A DNA stretch of 64,000 nucleotides. Origin: Solirubrobacterales bacterium (GTDB lineage: Bacteria; Actinomycetota; Thermoleophilia; Solirubrobacterales; 70-9). The position numbers were made by a program, and so were the translations under genes. The stretch covers positions 7 through 64,006 of the forward strand of contig DATKIA010000023.1 in NCBI GenBank assembly GCA_035509895.1. Direction: 5' to 3'. This document shows positions 46,824 through 54,497 of this stretch, in pieces (position 1 is the first letter of the stretch; the number at the start of each line of letters is the position of its first letter). The notes under the pieces were generated by a model. That model saw only the letters and a program-made list of their open reading frames with translations. It searched no databases and had not been told where the DNA came from.

Positions 46824-47516
46824 ATGAGGGGCAGAATTCTGGTCGCCAAACGGAGCCGCGCAGCGCGCAAGGCCGAGGTTTACATCTCCGGCTACACCTT
46901 TCCGTCGCACATCGAGCGCCGCGTCCGGCGCAAGCTGCCGCAGCTCGACGACGCCGGTTGGGCGCTGGTCGAGCAGGGCCTGCGCGAGTGGTTCATCTGC
47001 TGCGCCTGGCGCGGCCGCACCGTGCTCGGGATGCCGTCGCGGGCTGTCGACGAGGCCTGGCACGAGTTCATCCTCGACTCGCTCGGCTACACCGCCTTTT
47101 GCGACGCCGCCTTCGGTGAATACCTCCACCACACGCCGGACGAGGCGCTGTCGGCGCCGATGGACGGGTTGCTGGCCGACACGGTCCGCGCCTGGGACCG
47201 CTCGGAGATGGGCAGGGGGGAGCGCGAATCGGTGCTCTGGGACCTCGACCGGCGGCTCGGCATCGAGGAGCCGTTCGGCCTCACCGAGGTCGAGCTGATC
47301 TCGGCCCGCACCCGTTCGCCCTACCCGCTCGCAACCGGCTGGGCATACGCCGTCGGAGACGGATCGTGGAGCGGCGGCGGCAACGGCGGCGGCCATCACC
47401 ACGGCGGCGGCGAAGGCGGCGGCGGCTGCGGGACCGGTGGCGGTGGCGAAGCCGGCGGCGGCTGCGGGGGCGGCAGTGGTTGCGGTGGCGGGGGCTGCGG
47501 GGGCGGCAGCAGCTAG
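46824..47516 (+). CDS. Hypothetical protein with glycine-rich-domain (DUF1399-like) core and Gly/Cys/His-rich tail
   Basis: SD GAAGGAGG upstream. The core is EAWHEFILDSLGYTAFC...YLHHTP. The tail is GGGNGGGHHHGGGEGGGGCGTGGGGEAGGGCGGGSGCGGGGCGGGSS. Confidence 0.6.
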   Translation: MRGRILVAKRSRAARKAEVYISGYTFPSHIERRVRRKLPQLDDAGWALVEQGLREWFICCAWRGRTVLGMPSRAVDEAWHEFILDSLGYTAFCDAAFGEYLHHTPDEALSAPMDGLLADTVRAWDRSEMGRGERESVLWDLDRRLGIEEPFGLTEVELISARTRSPYPLATGWAYAVGDGSWSGGGNGGGHHHGGGEGGGGCGTGGGGEAGGGCGGGSGCGGGGCGGGSS

Positions 47517-47531
47517 CCCGCCCCCTGCCGG

Positions 47532-48230
47532 CTACGCGGCGAGCGCCCGGCGCCGCGCCGCGAAGAAGTCAGTTGCCGTGGCTTGCGGGTCAGCGGCGCC
47601 GAGCAGCTCCTCGTAGCCGAGCTCGGCGCCGCCGAACCCGACCGCATTCCAGAGCTCGCCCTCGACCCCGGAGCGCCACGGGGCGACGTAGGCGTAGGGC
47701 TCGGCGTGGTTCTCGTCGCCGGGCGAGAAGCCGTAGGTGGCGCGTTCGCCGGCGGCTTCGTCGCCGAGTTCGATCGCGAGGTCGAAGTGCTCGGGCCAGA
47801 GGATCGGCTCGGTGGCGGCGTCGCCGGCGGGGGCGGTCGCAGCGAAGGCCCTGAGAACCGCGCCACCGAACTCGTACCAGTCAGCGAGCACCGCGGCGGC
47901 ATCGGCGTCGAGCGCGAGCGGGTCGTCGCTCAGGTCGGCGTCGGCGGGGAGCAGCTCGGCGACGACCGTCCCCGCTTCGGCCAGACTCGTCAGTGGCGCT
48001 CGCCGCTGGCCGTCGCCGACCGCCTGGACCAGCTCGGTCCCTTCGACCCGGACCTGGCGCCGAGCACCGTCGTACTCGAACTCCGGCGTGCCGAAGCCGC
48101 CCGGCGTCGGTGTCAGCGCGATCTCGTTATCGGGCTTGCGGGCCGGTGCAACAACCAGCTCGGCGACCCGGTGCAGGGCGACGACGGTTGCCGCGAACCC
48201 TGCGGGCAGCGGTGAAAGTGGCGAGCTCAC
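47532..48230 (-). CDS. Hypothetical protein
   Basis: Coding-looking C-terminal 232 codons of ORF 47532..48575, starting at GTG 48230 just downstream of the preceding gene's stop (48266). No recognisable motif. Confidence 0.45.
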   Translation of the reverse strand: MSSPLSPLPAGFAATVVALHRVAELVVAPARKPDNEIALTPTPGGFGTPEFEYDGARRQVRVEGTELVQAVGDGQRRAPLTSLAEAGTVVAELLPADADLSDDPLALDADAAAVLADWYEFGGAVLRAFAATAPAGDAATEPILWPEHFDLAIELGDEAAGERATYGFSPGDENHAEPYAYVAPWRSGVEGELWNAVGFGGAELGYEELLGAADPQATATDFFAARRRALAA

Positions 48231-48265
48231 TCCGCGTCGAGTCTCCCACGCCGCGCTCCGACTGG

Positions 48266-49135
48266 TCAATGCCGGAGATGGCGGCGCAGGAACTGCAACT
48301 GGTCGGCGACCACGGCGTCGTGCTCGGGGCCGTCGTAGATGTCGAAGTGGTCGACGCCTGGATACGTGCGCAGCTCTCCCTGCGGAGCCCGGCGGGCGGC
48401 GGCGATCGCCGGTCCCGGCCGCGCCACCCGGTCGGCCTCGCCGACGCAGACCAGCCAGGGACAGTGCAGCTTCGCCGCGTGGCGGGCCGGCCGGAAAGGA
48501 CGGCCGAGCAGCCAGCGGGCGGAGACGCGGTCGCGCCAGCGCGAGTCCTCGCCGGTTGCGACCACACGGCGCCACCCCTGCTCGGCGCCGGGCGCGTTGA
48601 TGAAGGCGGCCTCGTCCGGCTGGCCGACCACCGGCACATGCTCGCCCCGCGCCGCGGCGAGCATCAGCCTCGCAGTCACCGCGGGTGAGGAGCGGTGGGA
48701 CTGGGTGACGATGTCGAGGAACGGGACCTGGCTGATCGCCGCCGCCACTCGCCGGTCGGCCGCCGCGGCGGCGAGCGCGTTACCACCGCCCATCGAGGAG
48801 CCGAAGGTGACGACGCGGTCCGGATCGACGCCCGCCAGCGAGCGCGCCTGGGCAATCGCCGCCCGCCAATCCTCGAGTTGGCGCCGGGGCTCGAACAGAT
48901 CAGGCTCCCCGCCGCTCTCGCCGAAACCGCGGTGGTCGAAGACGAGCGCCGCCAGGCCGTCGTCGGCAAAGTTCTCGGCGAACGGTCCCAGGCGATCGCG
49001 GCGGGTGCCGGAGAGACCGTGAGCGATGACGACGATCGGCACCCGGTCGCCGCCATCGGGCCAGTAGAACCAGGCCGCGCAGGTTGCGCTGTCTACTCCG
49101 AACTCGAGATCCTCCCGCTGCATCGCCACATACAA
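48266..49135 (-). CDS. Alpha/beta hydrolase
   Basis: 289-aa ORF with VVIAHGLSGT, FDHRGFGESGG and nucleophile elbow GSSMGGG. Confidence 0.78.
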   Translation of the reverse strand: MYVAMQREDLEFGVDSATCAAWFYWPDGGDRVPIVVIAHGLSGTRRDRLGPFAENFADDGLAALVFDHRGFGESGGEPDLFEPRRQLEDWRAAIAQARSLAGVDPDRVVTFGSSMGGGNALAAAAADRRVAAAISQVPFLDIVTQSHRSSPAVTARLMLAAARGEHVPVVGQPDEAAFINAPGAEQGWRRVVATGEDSRWRDRVSARWLLGRPFRPARHAAKLHCPWLVCVGEADRVARPGPAIAAARRAPQGELRTYPGVDHFDIYDGPEHDAVVADQLQFLRRHLRH

Positions 49136-49163
49136 CGCGCGGGCGCGCCGAAACGTGAGATCG

Positions 49164-50732
49164 CTACCAGGCGTCGACGAAGCGGCCGCTCGGAACCGGG
49201 TCGGTCGGCGGCGCTGCCGCCAGGGTGGCGGCGATCAGGCCGCGGGTCTCAGCCGGGTCGATGACGTCGTCGACCTCGAACAGCACCGCCGCGTTGAGCG
49301 CCTTCGCGTTGGCTTCGGCGGCGGCGGTCAGGTCGCGGACGCGCTGCTCGCGCTCGGCCTCGTCGGCGATCGCCTCCAGCTCCTTGCGCAGCGCCAGCCG
49401 CACTGCCCCTTCCAGCCCCATCGGGCCGAGATGGGCACCCGGCCAGGCGACGGTGAGCAGCGGCTCGTGCAGGCTGCCGCCGGTCATCGCCTGGGCGCCG
49501 AGGCCATAGCCGCGACGGAGGATGACGGCGATCAGCGGCACCCGCAGGGCGCCGCCGGCAACCAGCAGCCGGCAGGCGCGGCGGACGAGTCCGGTCGCCT
49601 CGGCCTCGGGGCCGACCATGTAGCCGGGGGTGTCGACGAGCGAGAGGACCGGCAACCCGAAGGCGTCGCAGAGCTGCAGCAGGCGGGCCGCCTTCTCGGC
49701 GGCGGCGCCGGTGATCGCGCCGGCCATGTGGCGGGTGTCGTTGGCGATGATCCCGACCGGCCGGCCCTCGATCCGGGCCAGCGCCGTCACCATCTCCGGC
49801 GCGAAGCGCTCGCGCAGGAAGGTCACCGATCCCTCATCGGCAAGGCCCTCGATGATCGGCGCCACCGCATAGGCGCGCCGCGCCCGCTCGGGGACGAGGT
49901 CGCGGAGCACAGTCTGGTCGGGAGCCGGGCCGGGCTCGGTCGCGCCCTGGAAGTAGGAGAGCAGCCGCTTGGCAACCGCGGTTGCCTCGGCTTCGTCGGC
50001 GGCGACGTAGTCGACGACCCCGTTGCGAGCCTGGACCTCGACCGGGCCGACGTCCTCGGGGTCGACGCGTCCGAGCCCGCCGCCCTCGATCATCGCCGGC
50101 CCTCCCATCCCCAGCGAGGAGCCCTCGACGGCGACGATCAGGTCGGAGCAGCCGGCGATCACCGCGTTGCCGGCAAAGCAGCGCCCGGCGACGACCGCGA
50201 TCCGCGGCACGACGCCGGAGAGCGAAGCCCAGAGAGCGAAGGCGCGCGTCTCCAGCGCCGAGACGACCGGCAGATCGGTGTCACCGGGCCGGCCACCGCC
50301 GCCCTCGGTGAAGAACACCGTTGGCAGCTTCATCCGCTCGATCAGGTCGAAGAGGCGGTCCTTCTTCTTGTGACCGAGGGCGCCCTGGGTCCCGGCCAGC
50401 ACCGTGTAGTCGTAGGAGAGGACGGCGCAGGCCGACCGCTCGGCGCCAAAGAGGTCGCCGTTGATGCGAGCGGTGCCGGCGACGAGGCCGTCGGCGGGGG
50501 TGCGCTCGATCAGGTCCTGGAGCTCGCGGCGACCGCGCTGAGCGGCGATCGCGAAGCGGCCGTACTCGACGAAGGTGCCGGGGTCGACCAGGTCCTCGAC
50601 GTTCTCGCGCGCGGTGCGCGTGCCGGCGGCGTGACGGCGCTCGACCGCGTCGGGCCGCGCCGCGTCCTCGGTCAGCGCCCGCCGCGCGAGCAGCTCAGCC
50701 AGGTCCTCGCGCGGGGCGCCACCCTCGGGCAT
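49164..50732 (-). CDS. Acyl-CoA carboxylase carboxyltransferase (beta) subunit
   Basis: 522-aa ORF with two crotonase-like halves and typical motifs (YDYTVLAGTQG, FFTEGGGGRPGD, GRCFAGNA, TPGYMVGPEAE). Confidence 0.85.
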   Translation of the reverse strand: MPEGGAPREDLAELLARRALTEDAARPDAVERRHAAGTRTARENVEDLVDPGTFVEYGRFAIAAQRGRRELQDLIERTPADGLVAGTARINGDLFGAERSACAVLSYDYTVLAGTQGALGHKKKDRLFDLIERMKLPTVFFTEGGGGRPGDTDLPVVSALETRAFALWASLSGVVPRIAVVAGRCFAGNAVIAGCSDLIVAVEGSSLGMGGPAMIEGGGLGRVDPEDVGPVEVQARNGVVDYVAADEAEATAVAKRLLSYFQGATEPGPAPDQTVLRDLVPERARRAYAVAPIIEGLADEGSVTFLRERFAPEMVTALARIEGRPVGIIANDTRHMAGAITGAAAEKAARLLQLCDAFGLPVLSLVDTPGYMVGPEAEATGLVRRACRLLVAGGALRVPLIAVILRRGYGLGAQAMTGGSLHEPLLTVAWPGAHLGPMGLEGAVRLALRKELEAIADEAEREQRVRDLTAAAEANAKALNAAVLFEVDDVIDPAETRGLIAATLAAAPPTDPVPSGRFVDAW

Positions 50733-50747
50733 CCGTCGCGTGCCGGC

Positions 50748-51395
50748 TCAGCCGCCGAGGCCGCCGAAGATCGCGAACGGGTTCGGCGGCTGCTCCTCGT
50801 AGACCGCCTCGGCGCTGCCCTCGACCGTGACCGCGCTGCCCGCGGGAGCCTCTTCTTCGAGCTGAGTCGCAAGCTGGCGGGCAGTGTCCTCATCCGCCGC
50901 GCCGACGACCAGGTACTTCCAGCGCCGTACCGAGGGAATGCCCTCGGCCCGCAGCCGCTGCTCGAAGCGGCCGGCGTCGCCGTGCGAGGGGAGGTCGACC
51001 CGGACCTCCCATTGCAGCGTCGCCCCTTCCTCGACTTCCTTGCGCTCGGACGCGACCAGCTCCTGGTGCTCGGCGGCGCGGGCGGCGGCGCTCTCGGGCA
51101 GCGGCACGTCGGGCCCCTCCCAGCGCTCCGCCTCCGGATGCCAGTGCGTGAAGGTGAAGTCCATCTCCCAGCCGTTCTCGCTCGCCAGCTTGGTCGCGGC
51201 ATCGCGTGCCGCTTCCGCCTGCTCACGCGTTTCCGCGTAGAGGAAGACCACGCTGTCGTCGCGCGAGACCATCACCTTGTCGTGGAAGGCGGTGCCGAGG
51301 TTCTCGCCGGGCCGGCCGCCGCCGAGGCCTTCGACCAAGAGCAGCGCCTGCCCGGGGTCGGCGGCGTCGATCTGCACTCGCCAGTCGTCGTTCAT
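50748..51395 (-). CDS. Hypothetical protein
   Basis: 215-aa ORF with good GC3 bias, tightly spaced (15 nt) upstream of the carboxyltransferase gene. No known motif recognised. Confidence 0.5.
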   Translation of the reverse strand: MNDDWRVQIDAADPGQALLLVEGLGGGRPGENLGTAFHDKVMVSRDDSVVFLYAETREQAEAARDAATKLASENGWEMDFTFTHWHPEAERWEGPDVPLPESAAARAAEHQELVASERKEVEEGATLQWEVRVDLPSHGDAGRFEQRLRAEGIPSVRRWKYLVVGAADEDTARQLATQLEEEAPAGSAVTVEGSAEAVYEEQPPNPFAIFGGLGG

Positions 51396-51429
51396 CGGCC
51401 CAACATAGAGGCTCGGGCCGGCGCCGGCT

Positions 51430-51876
51430 TCAACTCTTCTCCAGCTCCTTGGCGAGCCGCTTCATCCCTTTGCCGAGCGCGCGCCGGAGGAAGAGCCGGG
51501 TCAGGGGCGGAACCATCCGTTCGCTGCGAGGCGCCTTGTCCCAGCCCATCTCGAAGTCGACGTCGGTGCCGCCGTCGGGGCGCTCGGTCAGGGTGTAGGT
51601 GCCGCGGGTGTGGCGCTTGCCGTGGGCGCTGACTCCCTGCTCGACCGTCCGCGCGGGGCGCTCGGACTCGACCACTTCGAACTCGGCGATCTCGCGCGAG
51701 GCCGGGGCCGAGACCCGCGCCCTCGCCTTCGCCCCGACCCCGAACGCCGGACCGGAGAAGCTCCAGTCGACGAACATGTGGTCCATGTAGGACTCGTGGT
51801 TGGCGAGGACGTCGATGAAGTCGAAGACCTCCTCGCGGGAGCGGTCGACGCTGACCGAAACGTGCACGGGCTTCAT
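51430..51876 (-). CDS. SRPBCC-superfamily (polyketide cyclase/dehydrase-like) protein
   Basis: 148-aa ORF whose N-terminus VHVSVSVDRSREEVFDFIDVLANHESYM is typical of SRPBCC/START-like proteins. Confidence 0.65.
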   Translation of the reverse strand: MKPVHVSVSVDRSREEVFDFIDVLANHESYMDHMFVDWSFSGPAFGVGAKARARVSAPASREIAEFEVVESERPARTVEQGVSAHGKRHTRGTYTLTERPDGGTDVDFEMGWDKAPRSERMVPPLTRLFLRRALGKGMKRLAKELEKS

Positions 51877-51901
51877 CGCCCGATCCTAGATCCTGCGGAG
51901 C

Positions 51902-52522
51902 TCAGGCAGCTTCAGGCTGGTCGCGATCGGTGGTTGCGGCTTCGAAGGCGGCGAGGCCGACGATCATCGCTGTCGCGTCGCCCTCGGTCATCTCGAGCCG
52001 CCGGCGGCTCTGCTCGTGGACCCGCTCGAGGCGCGCCAAGGCTTCGTCGAGCACCTCGCTCGCCTGCACCCAGCCGACCTCGTCGACGGCCATCGTCATC
52101 CAGCTCAGCGTCGTGTCCTCGCGATCGTCGATCGTCCCCGCCTGCATCGCCTCGACGACCCGGTTGACGAAGCTTTCCAGCGAAGCACCGGTGATCTCAG
52201 AGCGCACCGAGCGTGGCACCTTGCGCCAGTCCTGGTGGCCGATGTACGAGCGCGGCACGGCCCGGAAGTAGTGCTCCACCGCCCCCCGCCGCTGCGCCGT
52301 CCGGATCTCCTCGATGCAGCCGCACTTCTCCAAAACCCGCGCGTGATACGCGACGTTCCCGAGCGGCTGTTCGAGCAGGTCGGCCAGTTCGTTGGGGCTC
52401 GCCTCACGTTCGTTCAGCACCTGAAGGATTTCGACCCGCAAGGGGTGCGCCAGCGCCCTGACGAGGCTTGAATCGATCTGATCGGGGCGGTGTTCAGCCA
52501 CTATTCGGCGATCTTTGCGCAT
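51902..52522 (-). CDS. ArsR-like winged-helix transcriptional regulator with C-terminal extension (paralogue A)
   Basis: Coding part of ORF 51902..52819, starting at ATG 52522. The wHTH is ALAHPLRVEILQVLNEREASPNELADLLEQPLGNVAYHARVLEKCGCIE. Confidence 0.72.
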   Translation of the reverse strand: MRKDRRIVAEHRPDQIDSSLVRALAHPLRVEILQVLNEREASPNELADLLEQPLGNVAYHARVLEKCGCIEEIRTAQRRGAVEHYFRAVPRSYIGHQDWRKVPRSVRSEITGASLESFVNRVVEAMQAGTIDDREDTTLSWMTMAVDEVGWVQASEVLDEALARLERVHEQSRRRLEMTEGDATAMIVGLAAFEAATTDRDQPEAA

Positions 52523-52785
52523 GGAACTACAGCTGTGGCAAAGAAGCTGTCGATTGAGGGAGCGAGCTTGAGCATTCCGCTGGAACACGGAGCGCCACCC
52601 TCGGATCGATCGATCGCCCCTGCGGCGATCCGAGGGTTGACCCCGTCCCAGACCTAGACCATCTTGCGGATGTTGACCGCCGGATACAGATGGGCAACCT
52701 GAACCACTCTCATTGGCTTCACCTCCTCTGCCTGTCGCATGCACATCACTGCGCGAACTAGGCGGAGGATTACTAAAAATGACTC

Positions 52786-52810
52786 TCTCAATCGAGGTCC
52801 TCGATTGAGA
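52786..52810. promoter_or_regulatory. 25-nt perfect palindrome (TCTCAATCGAGG-T-CCTCGATTGAGA), candidate operator
   Basis: Perfect 12-1-12 inverted repeat 68 nt upstream of the paralogue-B start. A third half-site TCGATTGAG lies at 52550-52558, near the paralogue-A start. Confidence 0.45.
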
Positions 52811-52877
52811 AAGGCGCAAGAAGCGCCGAGAAAATGTTTAGAGTTGCCCTCTACTCTCGCTCAGAATTTTTGGAGGA

Positions 52878-53483
52878 TTGTTGCCAACGCGCCGCCCACC
52901 GAGCCTGACCAACCCACGACTGGCGAGCGCGCTCTCGCACCCGACGCGTCTGCGGGCCATGCGCGTATTCGCCGAACGGGAGGCGACGCCGCGGGAAATC
53001 GCGGCCGAGATCGACGAGCCGATCAACAACGTCGCCTACCACATAAAAATCCTCAAACGACTGGGCTGCATCGAGCTGATCCAGACCCGGCAAACGCAGG
53101 GCGGACGGGTTGCCGAGCACGTCTACAAAGCGACTCAGCGCCCCTATTGGGACGACAGCGAATGGAAACAGCTGAATGAGGGCGAAAAGCTCGACGTCAC
53201 CGCCGCGGTCATGCAGCAGATCTCCGAAGACATCGCCGAGGCGATGTCCCACGGCACCTTCAACTCTCATGACGACAACCACCTCAGCCGCTCACCGATG
53301 ACCGTCGACGACGAGGGCTGGCAGGAAGTCATCGCCCTCCTCAAGGAGACGATGGAAGAGCTGATGGAGATTCAGATCCGGGTCAACAAACGTGGCGCTG
53401 ACCCAGACGAAACCCTCCGGACGACCGTCCAGATCATCCAGTTCGAGTCGCCGCAGACGAAGAGGGAAGCCCGGGCTGGCTAG
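52878..53483 (+). CDS. ArsR-like winged-helix transcriptional regulator with C-terminal extension (paralogue B)
   Basis: 201-aa ORF with a TTG start. ALSHPTRLRAMRVFAEREATPREIAAEIDEPINNVAYHIKILKRLGCIE aligns by eye with paralogue A. GC is visibly lower than in the flanks. Confidence 0.72.
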   Translation: MLPTRRPPSLTNPRLASALSHPTRLRAMRVFAEREATPREIAAEIDEPINNVAYHIKILKRLGCIELIQTRQTQGGRVAEHVYKATQRPYWDDSEWKQLNEGEKLDVTAAVMQQISEDIAEAMSHGTFNSHDDNHLSRSPMTVDDEGWQEVIALLKETMEELMEIQIRVNKRGADPDETLRTTVQIIQFESPQTKREARAG

Positions 53484-53728
53484 CCGCCGCGGATCGCCTT
53501 GCCGACGATGTTCTTCATCCGGGTGCGGTCGCGCTGGGCGAGGTTGCTGGGGCGGCCTTTCGATTTCTTGATCAGGCCCCAGAATTCGGACTGCTCCTTC
53601 TCGGTCAGGTTCTGCTGAACCCGCTCGCGGCCTTTGTTGGCGAGCCAGACCGAGACGGTCCAGACCATTTTCCAGGGGATCCGCTTCCAGACGGCGGGCA
53701 GAGCCTTGCTGGCGATCCAGGTGGGCAT
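53480..53728 (-). CDS. Small basic hypothetical protein, third gene of the MNT/HEPN operon
   Basis: 82-aa ORF with good GC3 bias. Its ATG lies 6 nt after the HEPN stop. W/K-rich, with no known motif. Confidence 0.5.
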   Translation of the reverse strand: MPTWIASKALPAVWKRIPWKMVWTVSVWLANKGRERVQQNLTEKEQSEFWGLIKKSKGRPSNLAQRDRTRMKNIVGKAIRGG

Positions 53729-53734
53729 GAGTTC

Positions 53735-54127
53735 CTAGTTGCCGACGGACTGCTCGGCGAAACCGATTGCGGCTGCCGCTGCTTCGAGGGCGCGATCGCG
53801 ATCAAGTGAGACGGCCGGATCGTCGTCGTACCGGAACAGCACGCCCCATGGGGTCAGCCAGTCGGCATCGAGGACCGCGCGTGGGAGCTCGTCTTCAGCT
53901 TCTTCAAGGCGCTCGATCAGGTACCCCAGGTCATGACTGCGTGGGATCTCGATACCCCGCACGGCCAGCACAGACTTCAGCGCCTTCTCAACCGTCTGCT
54001 GGAGATGAAACCCGATGACGTGATCGGCCTGGTTCTCGGTTGCAGCGAGAACCTGGGCGGCACTGAAGTCCTCACGAGCCTTCCGCAGCAGCAGTCGGGC
54101 GACCTCGTGGTGCTCAGACGTCGACAA
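53735..54127 (-). CDS. hepT: HEPN-domain toxin (HepT-like, type VII TA)
   Basis: Has an R-x4-H motif (IPRSHDLGYL) within a HEPN-like helical protein. The likely TTG 54127 start overlaps the MNT gene end by 14 nt. Confidence 0.7.
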   Translation of the reverse strand: MSTSEHHEVARLLLRKAREDFSAAQVLAATENQADHVIGFHLQQTVEKALKSVLAVRGIEIPRSHDLGYLIERLEEAEDELPRAVLDADWLTPWGVLFRYDDDPAVSLDRDRALEAAAAAIGFAEQSVGN

Positions 54128-54431
54128 GGACGCGGCCCTCGCGCAGCGCTCGCTCGACCATGGTCCCGCGAACACTCGCGCGGCGACGAGCCCTGTCCTC
54201 GTCGACGACGACGACATCGATGGGGGCGCCAAGCCCCTTCAGGGCGCGCCGGAGTCGAACCGACTCCTCAGCGGCATCGTCGACCTCCGGCTTGATGACC
54301 AGCAGGTCGATGTCGCTCAGGGGATCGACGGCCGTCCCTCGAGCGTGGGACCCAAACAGAATCACCCGCGCTTCGGGCTCCGCTTCGTGGATCCGCCGCC
54401 CCGCCTCGACAATCGTCGACTCGTCGATCAT
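54114..54431 (-). CDS. mntA: Nucleotidyltransferase-domain antitoxin (MntA-like)
   Basis: Coding part of ORF 54114..55025, starting at ATG 54431. Has the minimal NTase motif LFGSHARGTA...SDIDLLV. Confidence 0.75.
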   Translation of the reverse strand: MIDESTIVEAGRRIHEAEPEARVILFGSHARGTAVDPLSDIDLLVIKPEVDDAAEESVRLRRALKGLGAPIDVVVVDEDRARRRASVRGTMVERALREGRVLVDV

Positions 54432-54497
54432 GGTCAGGAAGGTAGCGCCTGCCGGGGCTAGGCTTGCGGCCGTGCGTCCCGCCGAACGCTCTCTGCC

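Noticed and set aside
47380-47516. GGC-rich tandem repetition that could be mistaken for a non-coding microsatellite or array
   Set aside because: It is in frame within a good ORF and encodes the Gly/Cys tail. There is no spacer-repeat organisation.
49155-51632. 825-aa ORF on the plus strand
   Set aside because: It is antisense to the carboxyltransferase, the hypothetical gene and the SRPBCC gene. It is a low-complexity R/G/A/D translation, so I treat it as a shadow ORF.
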